Below, one piece after another: positions 45,385 through 55,314 of a stretch of 64,000 nucleotides of DNA. The notes below the pieces were generated by a model. It had not been told where the DNA came from and did no database searches. It saw nothing but the letters and a program-made list of their open reading frames with translations. The DNA is from Eubacteriales bacterium (lineage in GTDB: Bacteria > Bacillota > Clostridia > Oscillospirales > CAG-272): positions 34,598 to 98,597 of the forward strand of contig JAZSBL010000023.1 of NCBI GenBank assembly GCA_045602385.1, given 5' to 3'. Both the position numbers and the translations under genes were made by a program. Every line of letters starts with the position of its first letter. Positions within the stretch are counted from its first letter, which is position 1.

Positions 45385-45780
45385 ATGGCAAAGGTTACTA
45401 AAAAAGTCGTTAAAAAGCGCCGCGAAAGAAAAAATATTGAAAAGGGTGCTGTTCACATTCAGTCCACTTTCAATAACACAATCGTAACTATCACAGACGT
45501 TTACGGAAACGCAATCTCTTGGGCTTCCGCAGGTGAGCTCGGCTTCAAGGGCTCCAGAAAGTCTACTCCCTTCGCAGCTCAGTCCGCTTCTGAGACAGCA
45601 GCTCGCGCAGCAGTTGAGCACGGCCTCAAGTCTGTTGAAGTTTACGTTAAGGGTCCCGGTTCGGGACGTGAATCCGCAATCCGTGCTCTTGAGACGGTAG
45701 GACTCCAGATTACTCTTATCAAGGACGTTACTCCTATCCCTCACAACGGTTGCAGACCGCCTAAGCGCAGACGCGTTTAA
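45385..45780 (+). CDS. rpsK: 30S ribosomal protein S11
   Basis: [46 protein letters not shown]... Confidence 0.97.
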   Translation: MAKVTKKVVKKRRERKNIEKGAVHIQSTFNNTIVTITDVYGNAISWASAGELGFKGSRKSTPFAAQSASETAARAAVEHGLKSVEVYVKGPGSGRESAIRALETVGLQITLIKDVTPIPHNGCRPPKRRRV

Positions 45781-45801
45781 TCTTACAGGAGGTTTAGAAT
45801 T

Positions 45802-46428
45802 ATGGCAAGATATACAGGTCCCGCATGCAAGCTCTGCCGTAGAGAGGGCAAGAAGCTTTACCTCAAGGGTGAGAGATGCACAAGCGGTAAGTGCGCACTT
45901 GAGCGCAGAAGCACAGCTCCCGGCCAGCACGGCGCAGCTAAGAAGAAAATGGGCGAGTACGGTGTTCAGCTCCGTGAAAAGCAGGCTACAAGAAGATACT
46001 ACGGTGTTCTTGAAAAGCAGTTCAAGAACTACTACGCAGAGGCTGACCGCAAGGAAGGCATGACAGGTGAGAACCTTCTCGTTCTCCTTGAGCGTCGTCT
46101 TGATAACACTGTTTACAGAATGGGTCTCGCTGAGTCCCACAAGGAAGCTCGTCAGCTTGTTCTCCACGCACACTTCACTCTTAACGGCAAGAAGGTAAAT
46201 GTTCCTTCTATCCTCGTTAAGCCCGGTGACGTTATCGCAGTTAAGGAAGCAAGCCGCGCATCCGCTAAGTTCAAGGCACTCGCTGAGGCACTTGAGAGCA
46301 AGACAGCTCCGAAGTGGCTTGACGTTGATAAGACAAATCTTCAGGCTAAGGTCGTTTCTATGCCTGCAAGAGAAGATATTGACTTCGATTTCAACGAACA
46401 GCTTATCGTCGAGCTCTACTCCAAGTAA
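45802..46428 (+). CDS. rpsD: 30S ribosomal protein S4
   Basis: [26 protein letters not shown]...YGVQLREKQ... Confidence 0.97.
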   Translation: MARYTGPACKLCRREGKKLYLKGERCTSGKCALERRSTAPGQHGAAKKKMGEYGVQLREKQATRRYYGVLEKQFKNYYAEADRKEGMTGENLLVLLERRLDNTVYRMGLAESHKEARQLVLHAHFTLNGKKVNVPSILVKPGDVIAVKEASRASAKFKALAEALESKTAPKWLDVDKTNLQAKVVSMPAREDIDFDFNEQLIVELYSK

Positions 46429-46536
46429 TACCGCATAAACGTTCTTTGCGGTGTTACTTTGAGCCGCGCAGTCCGTTTAATAAAGCAAATACAATTCGCT
46501 TTTCCCAAAAATTTATTTTAGGAGGTTTTATTTGGA

Positions 46537-47514
46537 ATGATAGAGATAGAGAAGCCCAATATTACTACCGCTGAAATGAGTGAGGACGGTTCCTACGGAA
46601 CGTTCGTCATTGAGCCCCTTGAAAGAGGCTTCGGTCAGACTCTCGGAAACTCATTGAGAAGAGTTCTTCTGAGCTCTCTCCCCGGATATGCGGTAACAAA
46701 TATCAAGATCGACGGAGTACTTCATGAGTTCTCCACTATTCCCGGAGTTACTGAGGACGTTACAGAGATCGTTCTTAACGTTAAGGGTATCATCGCTAAG
46801 CTTAATAACTGCCAGGGCCCCAAGACCGTATTTATTGACGTTGTTGGTGAGCACGAGGTTACTGCAGGTGATATCAAGCAGGATTCCGATATAGAGATCC
46901 TCAATCCCGAGCATCACATCGCTACTGTTGGCGAAAATGAAAGATTCTACATGGAGCTTACATTCAACTGCGATCGCGGTTACGTTTCGCAGGAGCGCAA
47001 CAAGCAGCTTCACTCGGATATAAACGGTCTTAACGCGCCCATGCCCGTTAATACCATCTACACCGATTCGATCTACACACCTGTTTACAAGGTAAATTAT
47101 GAGGTTGAAAGCACCCGTTCCGGTAGCAACACCGATCTTGATAAGCTCACGATCAACGTACTTACCAACGGCACAATCTCAGCTAAGGAAGCGGTTTCCC
47201 TCGGAGCCAAGATTCTCAATGAGCATCTCAACTTGTTTGTAGAGCTTTCAGACGATGCAAAGAAGGTTGGTATTATGGTTGAGAGAGAAGAAACCATTAA
47301 GGAAAAGGTTCTTGAGATGACCATTGAGGAACTTGACATGTCTGTCCGTAGCTTCAATTGTTTGAAGCGCGCAGGCATTGACACTGTCGAAGACCTTACA
47401 AATCGCACCGAAGAGGATATGATCAAGGTTCGTAACCTCGGTAAGAAATCGCTTGACGAAGTTATCCAGAAGCTCCACTCGCTCGGTCTTGACCTTAAGC
47501 GCGAAGAGGAGTAA
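46537..47514 (+). CDS. rpoA: DNA-directed RNA polymerase subunit alpha
   Basis: [31 protein letters not shown]-terminal domain [22 protein letters not shown]. Confidence 0.97.
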   Translation: MIEIEKPNITTAEMSEDGSYGTFVIEPLERGFGQTLGNSLRRVLLSSLPGYAVTNIKIDGVLHEFSTIPGVTEDVTEIVLNVKGIIAKLNNCQGPKTVFIDVVGEHEVTAGDIKQDSDIEILNPEHHIATVGENERFYMELTFNCDRGYVSQERNKQLHSDINGLNAPMPVNTIYTDSIYTPVYKVNYEVESTRSGSNTDLDKLTINVLTNGTISAKEAVSLGAKILNEHLNLFVELSDDAKKVGIMVEREETIKEKVLEMTIEELDMSVRSFNCLKRAGIDTVEDLTNRTEEDMIKVRNLGKKSLDEVIQKLHSLGLDLKREEE

Positions 47515-47558
47515 TCCAACACTTATATTATTAAATTAAGCAGAAGGAGGGACATGCA

Positions 47559-47915
47559 ATGCCCGGAACCAGAAAACTTGGCAGACCTACCGCACACAGA
47601 CAAGCTATGCTTCGCGGAATGGTTACCCTGCTGCTTGAGAACGGACAGGTTGAGACAACTCTCACCAGAGCGAAAGAGGTTCGTTCCATCGCAGAAAAAA
47701 TGATCACACTTGGCAAAAAGAATACACTCGCAAGCCGCAGAGCTGCTCTTGCATACATCACCAAGGAAGACGTAGTTACAAAGCTTTTCGCTGAAATCGC
47801 TCCTAAGTACGCATCCAGAAACGGTGGTTACACTCAGATCCTCAAGATCGGTGCTCGCCGCGGTGACGCTGCAGAGATGGCAATCGTTCGTCTTATCGAC
47901 GAGGCTGCTGAATAA
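47559..47915 (+). CDS. rplQ: 50S ribosomal protein L17
   Basis: [40 protein letters not shown]... Confidence 0.96.
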   Translation: MPGTRKLGRPTAHRQAMLRGMVTLLLENGQVETTLTRAKEVRSIAEKMITLGKKNTLASRRAALAYITKEDVVTKLFAEIAPKYASRNGGYTQILKIGARRGDAAEMAIVRLIDEAAE

Positions 47916-47931
47916 TCTTTTTACTGAAGAT

Positions 47932-47968
47932 AAAAAAGGAAGATGCCCACGGGCATCTTCCTCTTTTG
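47932..47968 (+). terminator. terminator of the alpha operon
   Basis: GGAAGATGCCC-ac-GGGCATCTTCC flanked by an A-run and TCTTTTGTT. Confidence 0.85.
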
Positions 47969-48029
47969 TTATAAATAGTATTATTTATAGACTATTGTAT
48001 CATATATAGCCCGCAATTCAAGGACACAC

Positions 48030-48045
48030 AGTCTATAATTAGACT
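48030..48045. promoter_or_regulatory. perfect 16-bp palindrome AGTCTATAATTAGACT (candidate operator overlapping a TATAAT)
   Basis: Located 25 nt upstream of the XRE paralog ATG. A related half-site, ATAGACTAT, is at 47987-47995. Confidence 0.5.
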
Positions 48046-48069
48046 ATAAGATATAATAAGGAGGCTAAT

Positions 48070-48312
48070 ATGAATACATATACGGCTGTTAAAATTAGAC
48101 TTTTAAAATTGTGTGACGAGAAGGGCGTTTCTATTCATAAGCTTGCGATGGATTCCGCTGTCCCGCCCTCTACAATAAAAAATATATTGTACGGAAAGAG
48201 CAGGAATCCCGGTATTGTAACCCTTAAAATGCTTTGCGACGGACTTGGTATATCACTTATCGAGTTTTTTAATGCAATTGAGTTTGAGCATCTTGAGCAG
48301 GAGATCAAATAA
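48070..48312 (+). CDS. XRE-family HTH transcriptional regulator (80 aa), paralog of 13750-13992
   Basis: VSIHKLAMDSAVPPSTIKNILYGKS is the HTH. C-terminus LKMLCDGLGISLIEFFNAIEFEHLEQEIK parallels the other copy. SD AAGGAGG. Confidence 0.85.
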   Translation: MNTYTAVKIRLLKLCDEKGVSIHKLAMDSAVPPSTIKNILYGKSRNPGIVTLKMLCDGLGISLIEFFNAIEFEHLEQEIK

Positions 48313-48398
48313 AAGGATAATTAATATTTCTTTTCCCCGAACAGGGAATAATACAGTTACCAAAACCTTTTTTATATACGGTAGAGGAGGGGAAGAAT

Positions 48399-49889
48399 AT
48401 GGATGAGAAAGATAAGGATATCCTTGAGAATGAGGATAACAAGAGCATCCCGGAGCAGGCCGAGGAGCAGTATGAAAATGCCGAGGAGCTCCGCGAGGAA
48501 CAGATCGAGGATAAGTTTGCCGAATGTAAGCGATTGTTTGAAGAGAAACAATATGCTGCCTTTACAAGGGCTATAGAGGAGTTGAACCCCGTAGACGCCG
48601 CAGATTTTTTCTCTGAGCTTGAATATGAGAAGATACCTACTGTGTTTAAACTCGTCCACAAGGACCGCTTAGCGGAAATTTTTGCCGAGCTTGACGCCGA
48701 CGTGCAGGAGAAGATCATTACTTCAATGACCGATCGAGAGATCAGATATATCGTTGAGGAGCTCTTCCTGGATGACGCGGTTGACATGATCGAGGAGCTG
48801 CCCGCAAACGTTGTCGCTCGTGTTATGAAGGCGGCGACACCGGAGACAAGAAAAGAGATCAACAAATTCCTCGCATATCCTGAGAACAGCGCGGGAAGTG
48901 TAATGACCTCCGAGTTTATAAACCTGCACAAGAGCATGACCGTGTCTGATGCGATAGAGCATATCAGGCGCATAGGTGTGGACAAGGAAACGGTATATTC
49001 GGCTTACGTTACCGATGAAAAGAGGGTTCTGGAGGGCACGATTTCCTTCAAAGATCTGCTTTTTAATAGCGATAATGAAACCATAGATTTAATATGTAAC
49101 AAAGAGTTTATATACGCCTACACGACCGATGACCAGGAGTACGTTGCTGATACCATTGCAAAATACGGACTTTTGGCGCTTCCCATTGTTGACAGAGAGA
49201 TGCGTCTTGTCGGTATCGTTACCGTCGACGACGCTATTGACGTCATCCAGGAGGAGGCAACTGAGGATATCGAGATCATGGCGGCTATTACACCGTCTGA
49301 CAAGCCCTATTTGAAGACCACTGTTTTTGAGACCTGGAAGAACCGTTTTCCGTGGCTTTTGGTGCTGATGCTTTCCGCGATATTCTCAAGCGCGATCATT
49401 ACGCATTACGAGAGTGCGATCGGAACATACGCGATCCTTACCGCCTTCTTTCCGATGCTTATGAACACGGGAGGTAATGCGGGAAGTCAGTCGTCTGTTG
49501 CGATCATCCGCGCAATGTCGCTTGACGAGATCGGAAAAAGGGACTTCTGGCGTGTTGTCTGGAAGGAGTTTCGTGTTTCTGTTCTTTGCGCACTTGGACT
49601 TGGTGTGGTTTGTTTTATAAAGACGATTGCCATTGACTTTAAGTTCGCTGCCGTTGAGGTGCTTCCAAACGGCGCGGTACAGGATAATCTTATGATCGCG
49701 TTTATCGTCAGTGTCACCGCGTGCTGTGCGGTCATATTTGCAAAGCTTGTAGGTACGGTTCTTCCTATGGGAGCAAAGAAGATCGGACTTGACCCTGCGG
49801 TCATGGCTTCGCCCTTTATTACAACGATAGTTGACACGGTCACTCTTGTTATTTATTTTGCGATAGCATCGAGCGTACTGCATTTTTGA
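48399..49889 (+). CDS. mgtE: magnesium transporter MgtE (with acidic N-terminal extension)
   Basis: MgtE N-domain, tandem CBS (ALPIVDREMRLVGIVTVDDAIDVIQEE), TM domain with GGNAGSQS. Confidence 0.94.
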   Translation: MDEKDKDILENEDNKSIPEQAEEQYENAEELREEQIEDKFAECKRLFEEKQYAAFTRAIEELNPVDAADFFSELEYEKIPTVFKLVHKDRLAEIFAELDADVQEKIITSMTDREIRYIVEELFLDDAVDMIEELPANVVARVMKAATPETRKEINKFLAYPENSAGSVMTSEFINLHKSMTVSDAIEHIRRIGVDKETVYSAYVTDEKRVLEGTISFKDLLFNSDNETIDLICNKEFIYAYTTDDQEYVADTIAKYGLLALPIVDREMRLVGIVTVDDAIDVIQEEATEDIEIMAAITPSDKPYLKTTVFETWKNRFPWLLVLMLSAIFSSAIITHYESAIGTYAILTAFFPMLMNTGGNAGSQSSVAIIRAMSLDEIGKRDFWRVVWKEFRVSVLCALGLGVVCFIKTIAIDFKFAAVEVLPNGAVQDNLMIAFIVSVTACCAVIFAKLVGTVLPMGAKKIGLDPAVMASPFITTIVDTVTLVIYFAIASSVLHF

Positions 49890-49904
49890 GTGTTTTATGA
49901 TCTG

Positions 49905-49932
49905 ATCCCGCGCTTTTGCGCGGGATTTTTCT
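49905..49932 (+). terminator. mgtE terminator
   Basis: ATCCCGCGC-tttt-GCGCGGGAT followed by TTTTTC. Confidence 0.85.
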
Positions 49933-50000
49933 TTACATGAATATTTCCTGTCGCGTTGTATAATAATTTAATTACCAAAAAAGAAAGGATGGGCAAAAAC

Positions 50001-50177
50001 ATGTCGCCAAAGGAATTGCTTTATATTGAAGACGCGCTTGGACATGACGTTGGAATAAAGGCGGTCTGCAAGGACGCTATTGAAAATCTGCAGGACAATG
50101 ATCTGAAGGTCTTTGTAAACGAGATAGTACAAAACCACACACAGTGCTTTAACCGTTTATACGGCTTGTTGAACTAA
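50001..50177 (+). CDS. small Coat-F-associated protein (58 aa), putative spore coat component
   Basis: MSPKELLYIEDALGH... sits immediately upstream of a Coat F-domain gene. The start is ambiguous (ATG 49989 or 50001). TGTATAAT extended -10 at 49957. Confidence 0.5.
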   Translation: MSPKELLYIEDALGHDVGIKAVCKDAIENLQDNDLKVFVNEIVQNHTQCFNRLYGLLN

Positions 50178-50187
50178 GGAGGGTATA

Positions 50188-50439
50188 ATGAACGATAAGG
50201 AAATAATGACAAATATTCTTAACTCTGTCAAGGGAGAGTGCGATCTGTTGATGCACGGATCTATTGAGTCCTCAACACCGAACGTACACGGTGCGTTTAA
50301 GCAGAGCCTGGACGATGCGCTTTGTATGCAGAACAAGATATACGCCAAGATGAGCGAGAAGGGCTGGTATCCTATGCAACAGGCGCAGGGAACACAGATC
50401 GATGCTGTCAAGCAGAAGTTTGCCGCGCAGCAGGGATAA
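50188..50439 (+). CDS. Coat F-domain spore coat protein
   Basis: MNDKEIMTNILNSVKGECDLLMHGSIESSTPNVHGAFKQSLDDALCMQNKIYAKMSEKGWYP fits the CotF-family pattern. SD AAGGAGGG. Confidence 0.72.
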   Translation: MNDKEIMTNILNSVKGECDLLMHGSIESSTPNVHGAFKQSLDDALCMQNKIYAKMSEKGWYPMQQAQGTQIDAVKQKFAAQQG

Positions 50440-50469
50440 ATCCCTATAAACCCGCGTTTCTCGCGATGT

Positions 50470-50512
50470 AAAAAAGGGCGATACCACAAAGGTGTCGCCC
50501 TATTCTTTTTGT
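50470..50512. terminator. bidirectional terminator between the Coat-F gene and recG
   Basis: AAAAAAGGGCGACACC-acaaa-GGTGTCGCCCT followed by ATTCTTTTT. Confidence 0.85.
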
Positions 50513-50580
50513 TTGGGAAGCTTTTTGGAGGTGCGGAAGCCTTTTTCTCGAAAAAGGTTCCGCAAATCTCTCAGCATTTG

Positions 50581-52752
50581 CTAACTAATCACGTCGCCGC
50601 GAACAGTGAACATGCGCTCGGCTGCCGCCTTGAGGGGTGGGTGGCTTTCGAGTGTGGGATCGTTCTCGATAAATCTGTGAGCTGCTTCAAACGCCTTTTG
50701 CATAAGCTCGGAATCCTCGCACATATCGGCAAGGTTAAAGGTCAGAGAGCCGCTCTGTCTTATCGACGAGTTGCCCGACAGGGAGAGAAAGTCTCCCGGG
50801 CCGCGGAGCTTGAGGTCGACCTCGGCTATCTCAAAGCCGTTATATGATGTGCACATAGTTTTGAGTCTTTCCTTTGCCGTATCGCCAAGCCTGCCCTCTG
50901 CGCCGGAAACAAGCACGCAGAAGGATTTTCTCTGTCCTCTGCCTACGCGTCCGCGGAGCTGGTGGAGCTGGGAAAGACCGAATCGCTCGGCGTTCTCGAC
51001 TATCATAAGGCTTGCGGCGGGAACATTGACGCCGACCTCGATGACGGTGGTGGAAACGAGGATCTTGATCTCGCCCGCGGCAAATTTTTGCATGATCTCG
51101 TCTTTTTGCGCCGCCTTCATTTTGCCGTGCACGAAGGCTATGGGATAGCCCGTCAGTCTGGCAGAAAGATCCTCAGCATATTTGACTGCCGCCTTAAGGG
51201 GTGGCTTTTGTTTTTTCTTGAATTCTTCAATAGCGAAGGCTTGCATTTCCTCGCCGAATATCGAGATCGCCGACATGTCAAGCTCGCCGTTCTCAAGCTC
51301 GTTCTCCTCGACCGCCGGGCATACGATATATACCTGACCGCCCTCGTCGACCTGCTTTTTGATGAATCCGTCAAGCCTTTCTCGGTAGCTTTCGTCGACA
51401 AGGAAGGTGTCGACCTTTTGTCTGCCGGGGGGCATCTCGTCAATTTTGGACATTTTAAGGTCACCGTACATAACGAGCGCAAGCGAGCGGGGAATTGGGG
51501 TAGCACTCATTACAAGCACGTGGGTATGCTGATTTTTTTCTGAGAGCAGAGCGCGCTGATTTACTCCAAAGCGGTGCTGCTCGTCAGTTATTACAAGTCC
51601 GGGCTTTATAAAGTCCACTCCGTCGGAGAGGAGCGCTTGGGTGCCTATTACCACGTCGACTCTGCTCGCGGGGTCTTCTGCCTGCATTGCCTCGCGTATT
51701 CTTCTCTTGTTTGCGGCGGTGGTGGAGCCTGTCAAAAGTGAGCATTTGATACCGAGCCTTGACAGAAGGGGAGAAAGGTCGTTATAATGCTGCGTTGCGA
51801 GTATTTCCGTTGGCGCCATGAGGGCTGCCTGATAGCCGTTTTTGACCGCAATATATATTGCCGCAGTCGCGCATGCGGTCTTGCCGCAGCCAACGTCGCC
51901 TATGACTATTCTGCTCATTGGCTCGGTTTTTTGCATATCTGCCGCTATATCTGCTACCGTTCGCTTCTGCGCGCCCGTTAGCTCGTACGGCAAAAGCGCG
52001 GTGAGCGCGGAAATGTCTGTGTCGGGGCAGGGGGGCGCGGTGTGCTTTTGTATATGCTTGCTTTGCGCGCGAAGTCCTGTGGCAAAAAGGAAAAACTCGT
52101 CAAAAATGAGGCGCTTTTTAGCTATTGCGAGGCTTCTGTAGCTTTCGGGCTTATGTATCTGCTCAAGCGCGAAATGTATCGTGCAAAGTCCGTGCTGCTC
52201 TCTGACGCTTCTCGGAAGCGGATCCTCGTAGGTGGCGGCAACTAAAGGAAGTATCTCCTCTATATTTTGCGCTATCTGCTTCTGTGAAAGTCCGTCTGTA
52301 AGTCGGTAGACCGAGCAGAAGGGGGCGGGCGGTGCACTCTCAACCCACGGCTCCGCGGCGGGTGAGGTCATTTCGTATTTTGATTTTTTTCGTTCGACCT
52401 TGCCGTAAAAGCGGAAGGTTGAGCCTACGGGGAACTTGTCCTTCAGGTAGTTTTGATTAAAGTAGGTTATGTCGCACATTCCGCTCTCGTCAAAGGCGCG
52501 GAATTTCAGCAGCGACATGCCTCTTTTGATGTTTGCTATCTTCGGCTCGGTCGATACGGTCAGGACCGTTGCGGACTTGCTGTCCGGCTGTGTGTCGGAG
52601 AGGGGTACTATGTTTGCGCGGTTTTCGTAGGCGCGAGGGAAGTAGTATACAAGATCAAGAAGGGTATGTACACCCGCCGCGGCATATGCCTGCGCCTTGA
52701 CTCTGCCTATGCCCTTCAGGTTGCTTACGGGGATTTCTGACAGTGGCTTCAT
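50581..52752 (-). CDS. recG: ATP-dependent DNA helicase RecG
   Basis: Wedge domain, GDVGCGKT (Walker A), DEQHRFGV, SATPIPR, QLHQLRGRVGRG. Confidence 0.95.
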   Translation of the reverse strand: MKPLSEIPVSNLKGIGRVKAQAYAAAGVHTLLDLVYYFPRAYENRANIVPLSDTQPDSKSATVLTVSTEPKIANIKRGMSLLKFRAFDESGMCDITYFNQNYLKDKFPVGSTFRFYGKVERKKSKYEMTSPAAEPWVESAPPAPFCSVYRLTDGLSQKQIAQNIEEILPLVAATYEDPLPRSVREQHGLCTIHFALEQIHKPESYRSLAIAKKRLIFDEFFLFATGLRAQSKHIQKHTAPPCPDTDISALTALLPYELTGAQKRTVADIAADMQKTEPMSRIVIGDVGCGKTACATAAIYIAVKNGYQAALMAPTEILATQHYNDLSPLLSRLGIKCSLLTGSTTAANKRRIREAMQAEDPASRVDVVIGTQALLSDGVDFIKPGLVITDEQHRFGVNQRALLSEKNQHTHVLVMSATPIPRSLALVMYGDLKMSKIDEMPPGRQKVDTFLVDESYRERLDGFIKKQVDEGGQVYIVCPAVEENELENGELDMSAISIFGEEMQAFAIEEFKKKQKPPLKAAVKYAEDLSARLTGYPIAFVHGKMKAAQKDEIMQKFAAGEIKILVSTTVIEVGVNVPAASLMIVENAERFGLSQLHQLRGRVGRGQRKSFCVLVSGAEGRLGDTAKERLKTMCTSYNGFEIAEVDLKLRGPGDFLSLSGNSSIRQSGSLTFNLADMCEDSELMQKAFEAAHRFIENDPTLESHPPLKAAAERMFTVRGDVIS

Positions 52753-52768
52753 ATCTCTCTCCTTTCGT

Positions 52769-53803
52769 TCAATCTCTGTTTTCTGAATCTATGTCCGAGT
52801 CTGTGTTCAATATATTCGCAAGCGGATTTTCTCCCATGGCGTTCATCATATTGACGTCGCTTACGTGTGTGTATATCTGTGTGGTGTTGAGCTGCTCGTG
52901 ACCGAGAATATCCTTAAGCACGCGTATATCCACGTTGCCCGACTGGTACATCAAGGTTGCGGCGGTATGGCGCAGCTTATGCACCGAATAATGCTTTGCG
53001 CCAAGCCCCGACATGTCAAGATATTTATACACCATCTTCTGCACCATCTTGTCGGTGATGCGTGTGTTTCTGTTGCTTAAAAAGAGGGCTTTGTCGGGCA
53101 AATATTTCTGCTTTTCGCTGAGTCTTACGTTTACAATGTAATCTGCAAGCACCTTTTTGCAGGCGTCGTTGAGGTAGATGATGCGCTCCTTGCTACCTTT
53201 ACCGATTACTCTGACATGCATGAGCTCACGGTCAAGGTCGTTTATTGATATGCCTACAAGCTCGTTGAGTCGCATGCCGCAATTTAGAAAAAGCGTTATT
53301 ATGCACAGGTCGCGCAATCTCGATTTTGACGACGTGTCGTTTCGAACGGTGTCGAGCAGCATTTTTGATTCCTCAAGGGAGAGAAACTTCGGAAGCGTTT
53401 TTTTGCGCTTTGGAGCTTCAATGTTTGCCGCGGGGTTTTCCTCAAGGTATCCGCGCTTGACTGTCATGAATTTGAACAGTCCTTTTATTGCCGAGAGCTT
53501 TCTCGCTTTGGCCGACCACATGTTGTTACGGACGTTGCCTGTGTAGAGCAAAAAATCATAGATCTGCTCTGTGGTGATGCCTTTTATGTAATTTACGTCA
53601 ACATGGCTTATGTCTATCTCGGTGAATTCATAGGAATCGGGGTCGATCCTCATGTCCTTTGCCAAGAGGAAGCGGAAGAAGGTGCGCAGGTCGAGCAGGT
53701 ACTCGTCACTGGTCTTCTTTGAGCAGCCCTGTATTGCGGTTTTATAGGATGCGAACTCGCGCAGAATTTGCGGAAACTCATCAAGATTGAGCTCGTATGA
53801 CAT
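52769..53803 (-). CDS. tyrosine recombinase, XerC/XerD-like
   Basis: N-terminal SAM-like domain. Catalytic region ...GMRLNEL..., HKLRHTAATLMYQSG, LGHEQLNTTQIYTHV. 16 nt upstream of recG in the same orientation. Confidence 0.85.
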   Translation of the reverse strand: MSYELNLDEFPQILREFASYKTAIQGCSKKTSDEYLLDLRTFFRFLLAKDMRIDPDSYEFTEIDISHVDVNYIKGITTEQIYDFLLYTGNVRNNMWSAKARKLSAIKGLFKFMTVKRGYLEENPAANIEAPKRKKTLPKFLSLEESKMLLDTVRNDTSSKSRLRDLCIITLFLNCGMRLNELVGISINDLDRELMHVRVIGKGSKERIIYLNDACKKVLADYIVNVRLSEKQKYLPDKALFLSNRNTRITDKMVQKMVYKYLDMSGLGAKHYSVHKLRHTAATLMYQSGNVDIRVLKDILGHEQLNTTQIYTHVSDVNMMNAMGENPLANILNTDSDIDSENRD

Positions 53804-53968
53804 AAATGCACCTCCAAAATGTGATTTTGTATAATTCTATTATACACTGAAATTTAATTATTTAGTGGATTTTCTGTAAACTTTCACACAGACGTATTGA
53901 AAAAATTGCCGATATTTAATATAATTAACCTATAATATGTTTTTATTGGTTTGTGAAAGGACACATAT

Positions 53969-54508
53969 ATGAAGAAATTTATGGAGCGATATTCGTACGA
54001 GAGCGTGCATCTGTTTCTGAATCAGGTGGCTATCGGACTTTTTGGAATGACCTTGGCCTTGGCTGCGGGTCGCGCGGAAAATGACACGTTGCGAACCGTC
54101 ACAAGCGTGTTTTCGATAGTTTTCTTCCTGTTTTTGCAGTTTATCGCGGTATGGAAGGTTGGCGCGCAGGACAGGGTCTCCTACGATCTTTCAAAGCTTG
54201 AGAAGAATTACCTCATTCCCGTGTGGATGTGGTTATTGTCAAATTCGCTTAATCTCTTGCTTGCGCTGTTTATATCACTCGCTATGTGGTTTGACGTACC
54301 CGCGCTTTCTACGATCGGTGGAATAGCATCTGTTGTTAAGCTTATAATCGAGGGAATGTATACCGGCGTGCTTGCAATAAGTGTTGGCGGATCTCCGCTT
54401 AACAGCATGTGGTTTATGTATTTTATAACCACCTTGCCGGCGCTTGTTGTCGTATTCGCGGCCTACGTGCTTGGATTTAACAACGTAACTCTCAAAAAGA
54501 AGAAATAA
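53969..54508 (+). CDS. integral membrane protein (4-5 TM), function unknown
   Basis: 179 aa, hydrophobic throughout. SD GAAAGGA. Confidence 0.65.
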   Translation: MKKFMERYSYESVHLFLNQVAIGLFGMTLALAAGRAENDTLRTVTSVFSIVFFLFLQFIAVWKVGAQDRVSYDLSKLEKNYLIPVWMWLLSNSLNLLLALFISLAMWFDVPALSTIGGIASVVKLIIEGMYTGVLAISVGGSPLNSMWFMYFITTLPALVVVFAAYVLGFNNVTLKKKK

Positions 54509-54615
54509 AAAAGAAGGTCGGACGTGCGTCCGATCGTTCTTCAAGCACTCGGTGTCGAAGCTCGCGGGCGGGATGCGCCGAGGTATTATCAAAAAAATAT
54601 TATACGGAGACTAAA

Positions 54616-55314
54616 ATGGTACATAAAGCGAGAATTTTGGTGGTTGACGACGAGGCGGACGTTCGCAGAGTGTTGCGTCTTTTACTTGAGAACAAGGGAT
54701 ATGAGGTTGCCGAGGCGACTAACGGGCAGATGGCAGTCGACACTGTTCGTAACGGCAGTATCGATCTTATCATTATGGATATTATGATGCCCTTTGTGTC
54801 GGGAATCGATGCGGCGGCGCAAATGAGGGAGTTTTCCTTGGCTCCTATACTCTTTTTGACTGCTAAGTCGCTGGAGAGGGATAAGGCTGCTGCCTACGAG
54901 AGCGGCGGTGACGATTATCTTGTCAAGCCCTTCTCATCCACAGAGCTTACCTTGAAGGTCGAGTCGCTGATACGACGCTACACCATCTACAAAGGTAAGG
55001 AGAGTGAGGAGCACGTGATCACTCTGCCTTGCTCTGTCGAGGTCGACATGGCGACAAAGACGGTGCTTAAGCACGGAGAAGAGGTGAGTCTGCGCGACAA
55101 GGAGAGCGATATATTCTTCTATCTTCTTTCAAAGCGCGGCGAGACTGTTGAGACTAATAAGATATTTGAGGACGTCTGGGGTGAGATGGCAATGCCGTCA
55201 AGCGCAAATAACATTATGGTAAACATGCTCAATATTCGAAAGAAGCTTGAGGACAATCCTCAAAATCCCAAGATAATAAAGACCGTCTGGGGAAAGGGGT
55301 ATCGGATTGACTAA
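54616..55314 (+). CDS. OmpR/PhoB-family response regulator
   Basis: Receiver ILVVDDEADV...DLIIMDIMMP...LTAK. Winged-helix C-terminus ...IIKTVWGKGYRID. Confidence 0.93.
   Translation: MVHKARILVVDDEADVRRVLRLLLENKGYEVAEATNGQMAVDTVRNGSIDLIIMDIMMPFVSGIDAAAQMREFSLAPILFLTAKSLERDKAAAYESGGDDYLVKPFSSTELTLKVESLIRRYTIYKGKESEEHVITLPCSVEVDMATKTVLKHGEEVSLRDKESDIFFYLLSKRGETVETNKIFEDVWGEMAMPSSANNIMVNMLNIRKKLEDNPQNPKIIKTVWGKGYRID

Noticed and set aside
44818-46173. 451-aa minus-strand ORF spanning rpmJ-rpsM-rpsK-rpsD. Similar long antisense ORFs occur at 37474-38454, 41981-42916, 39292-39846, 33879-34601, 15093-16016, 13034-13672, 62180-63112 and 63551-63991.
   Set aside because: All are antisense to unmistakable conserved genes. 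They arise from codon bias that depletes stop codons in the antisense frame. Their proteins are Cys/Leu/Val/Ser-rich with no motifs, and they cross intergenic gaps without their own SD.
48313-48398. M-box (Mg2+) riboswitch upstream of mgtE
   Set aside because: The gap is only 86 nt and lacks the multi-helix M-box core.
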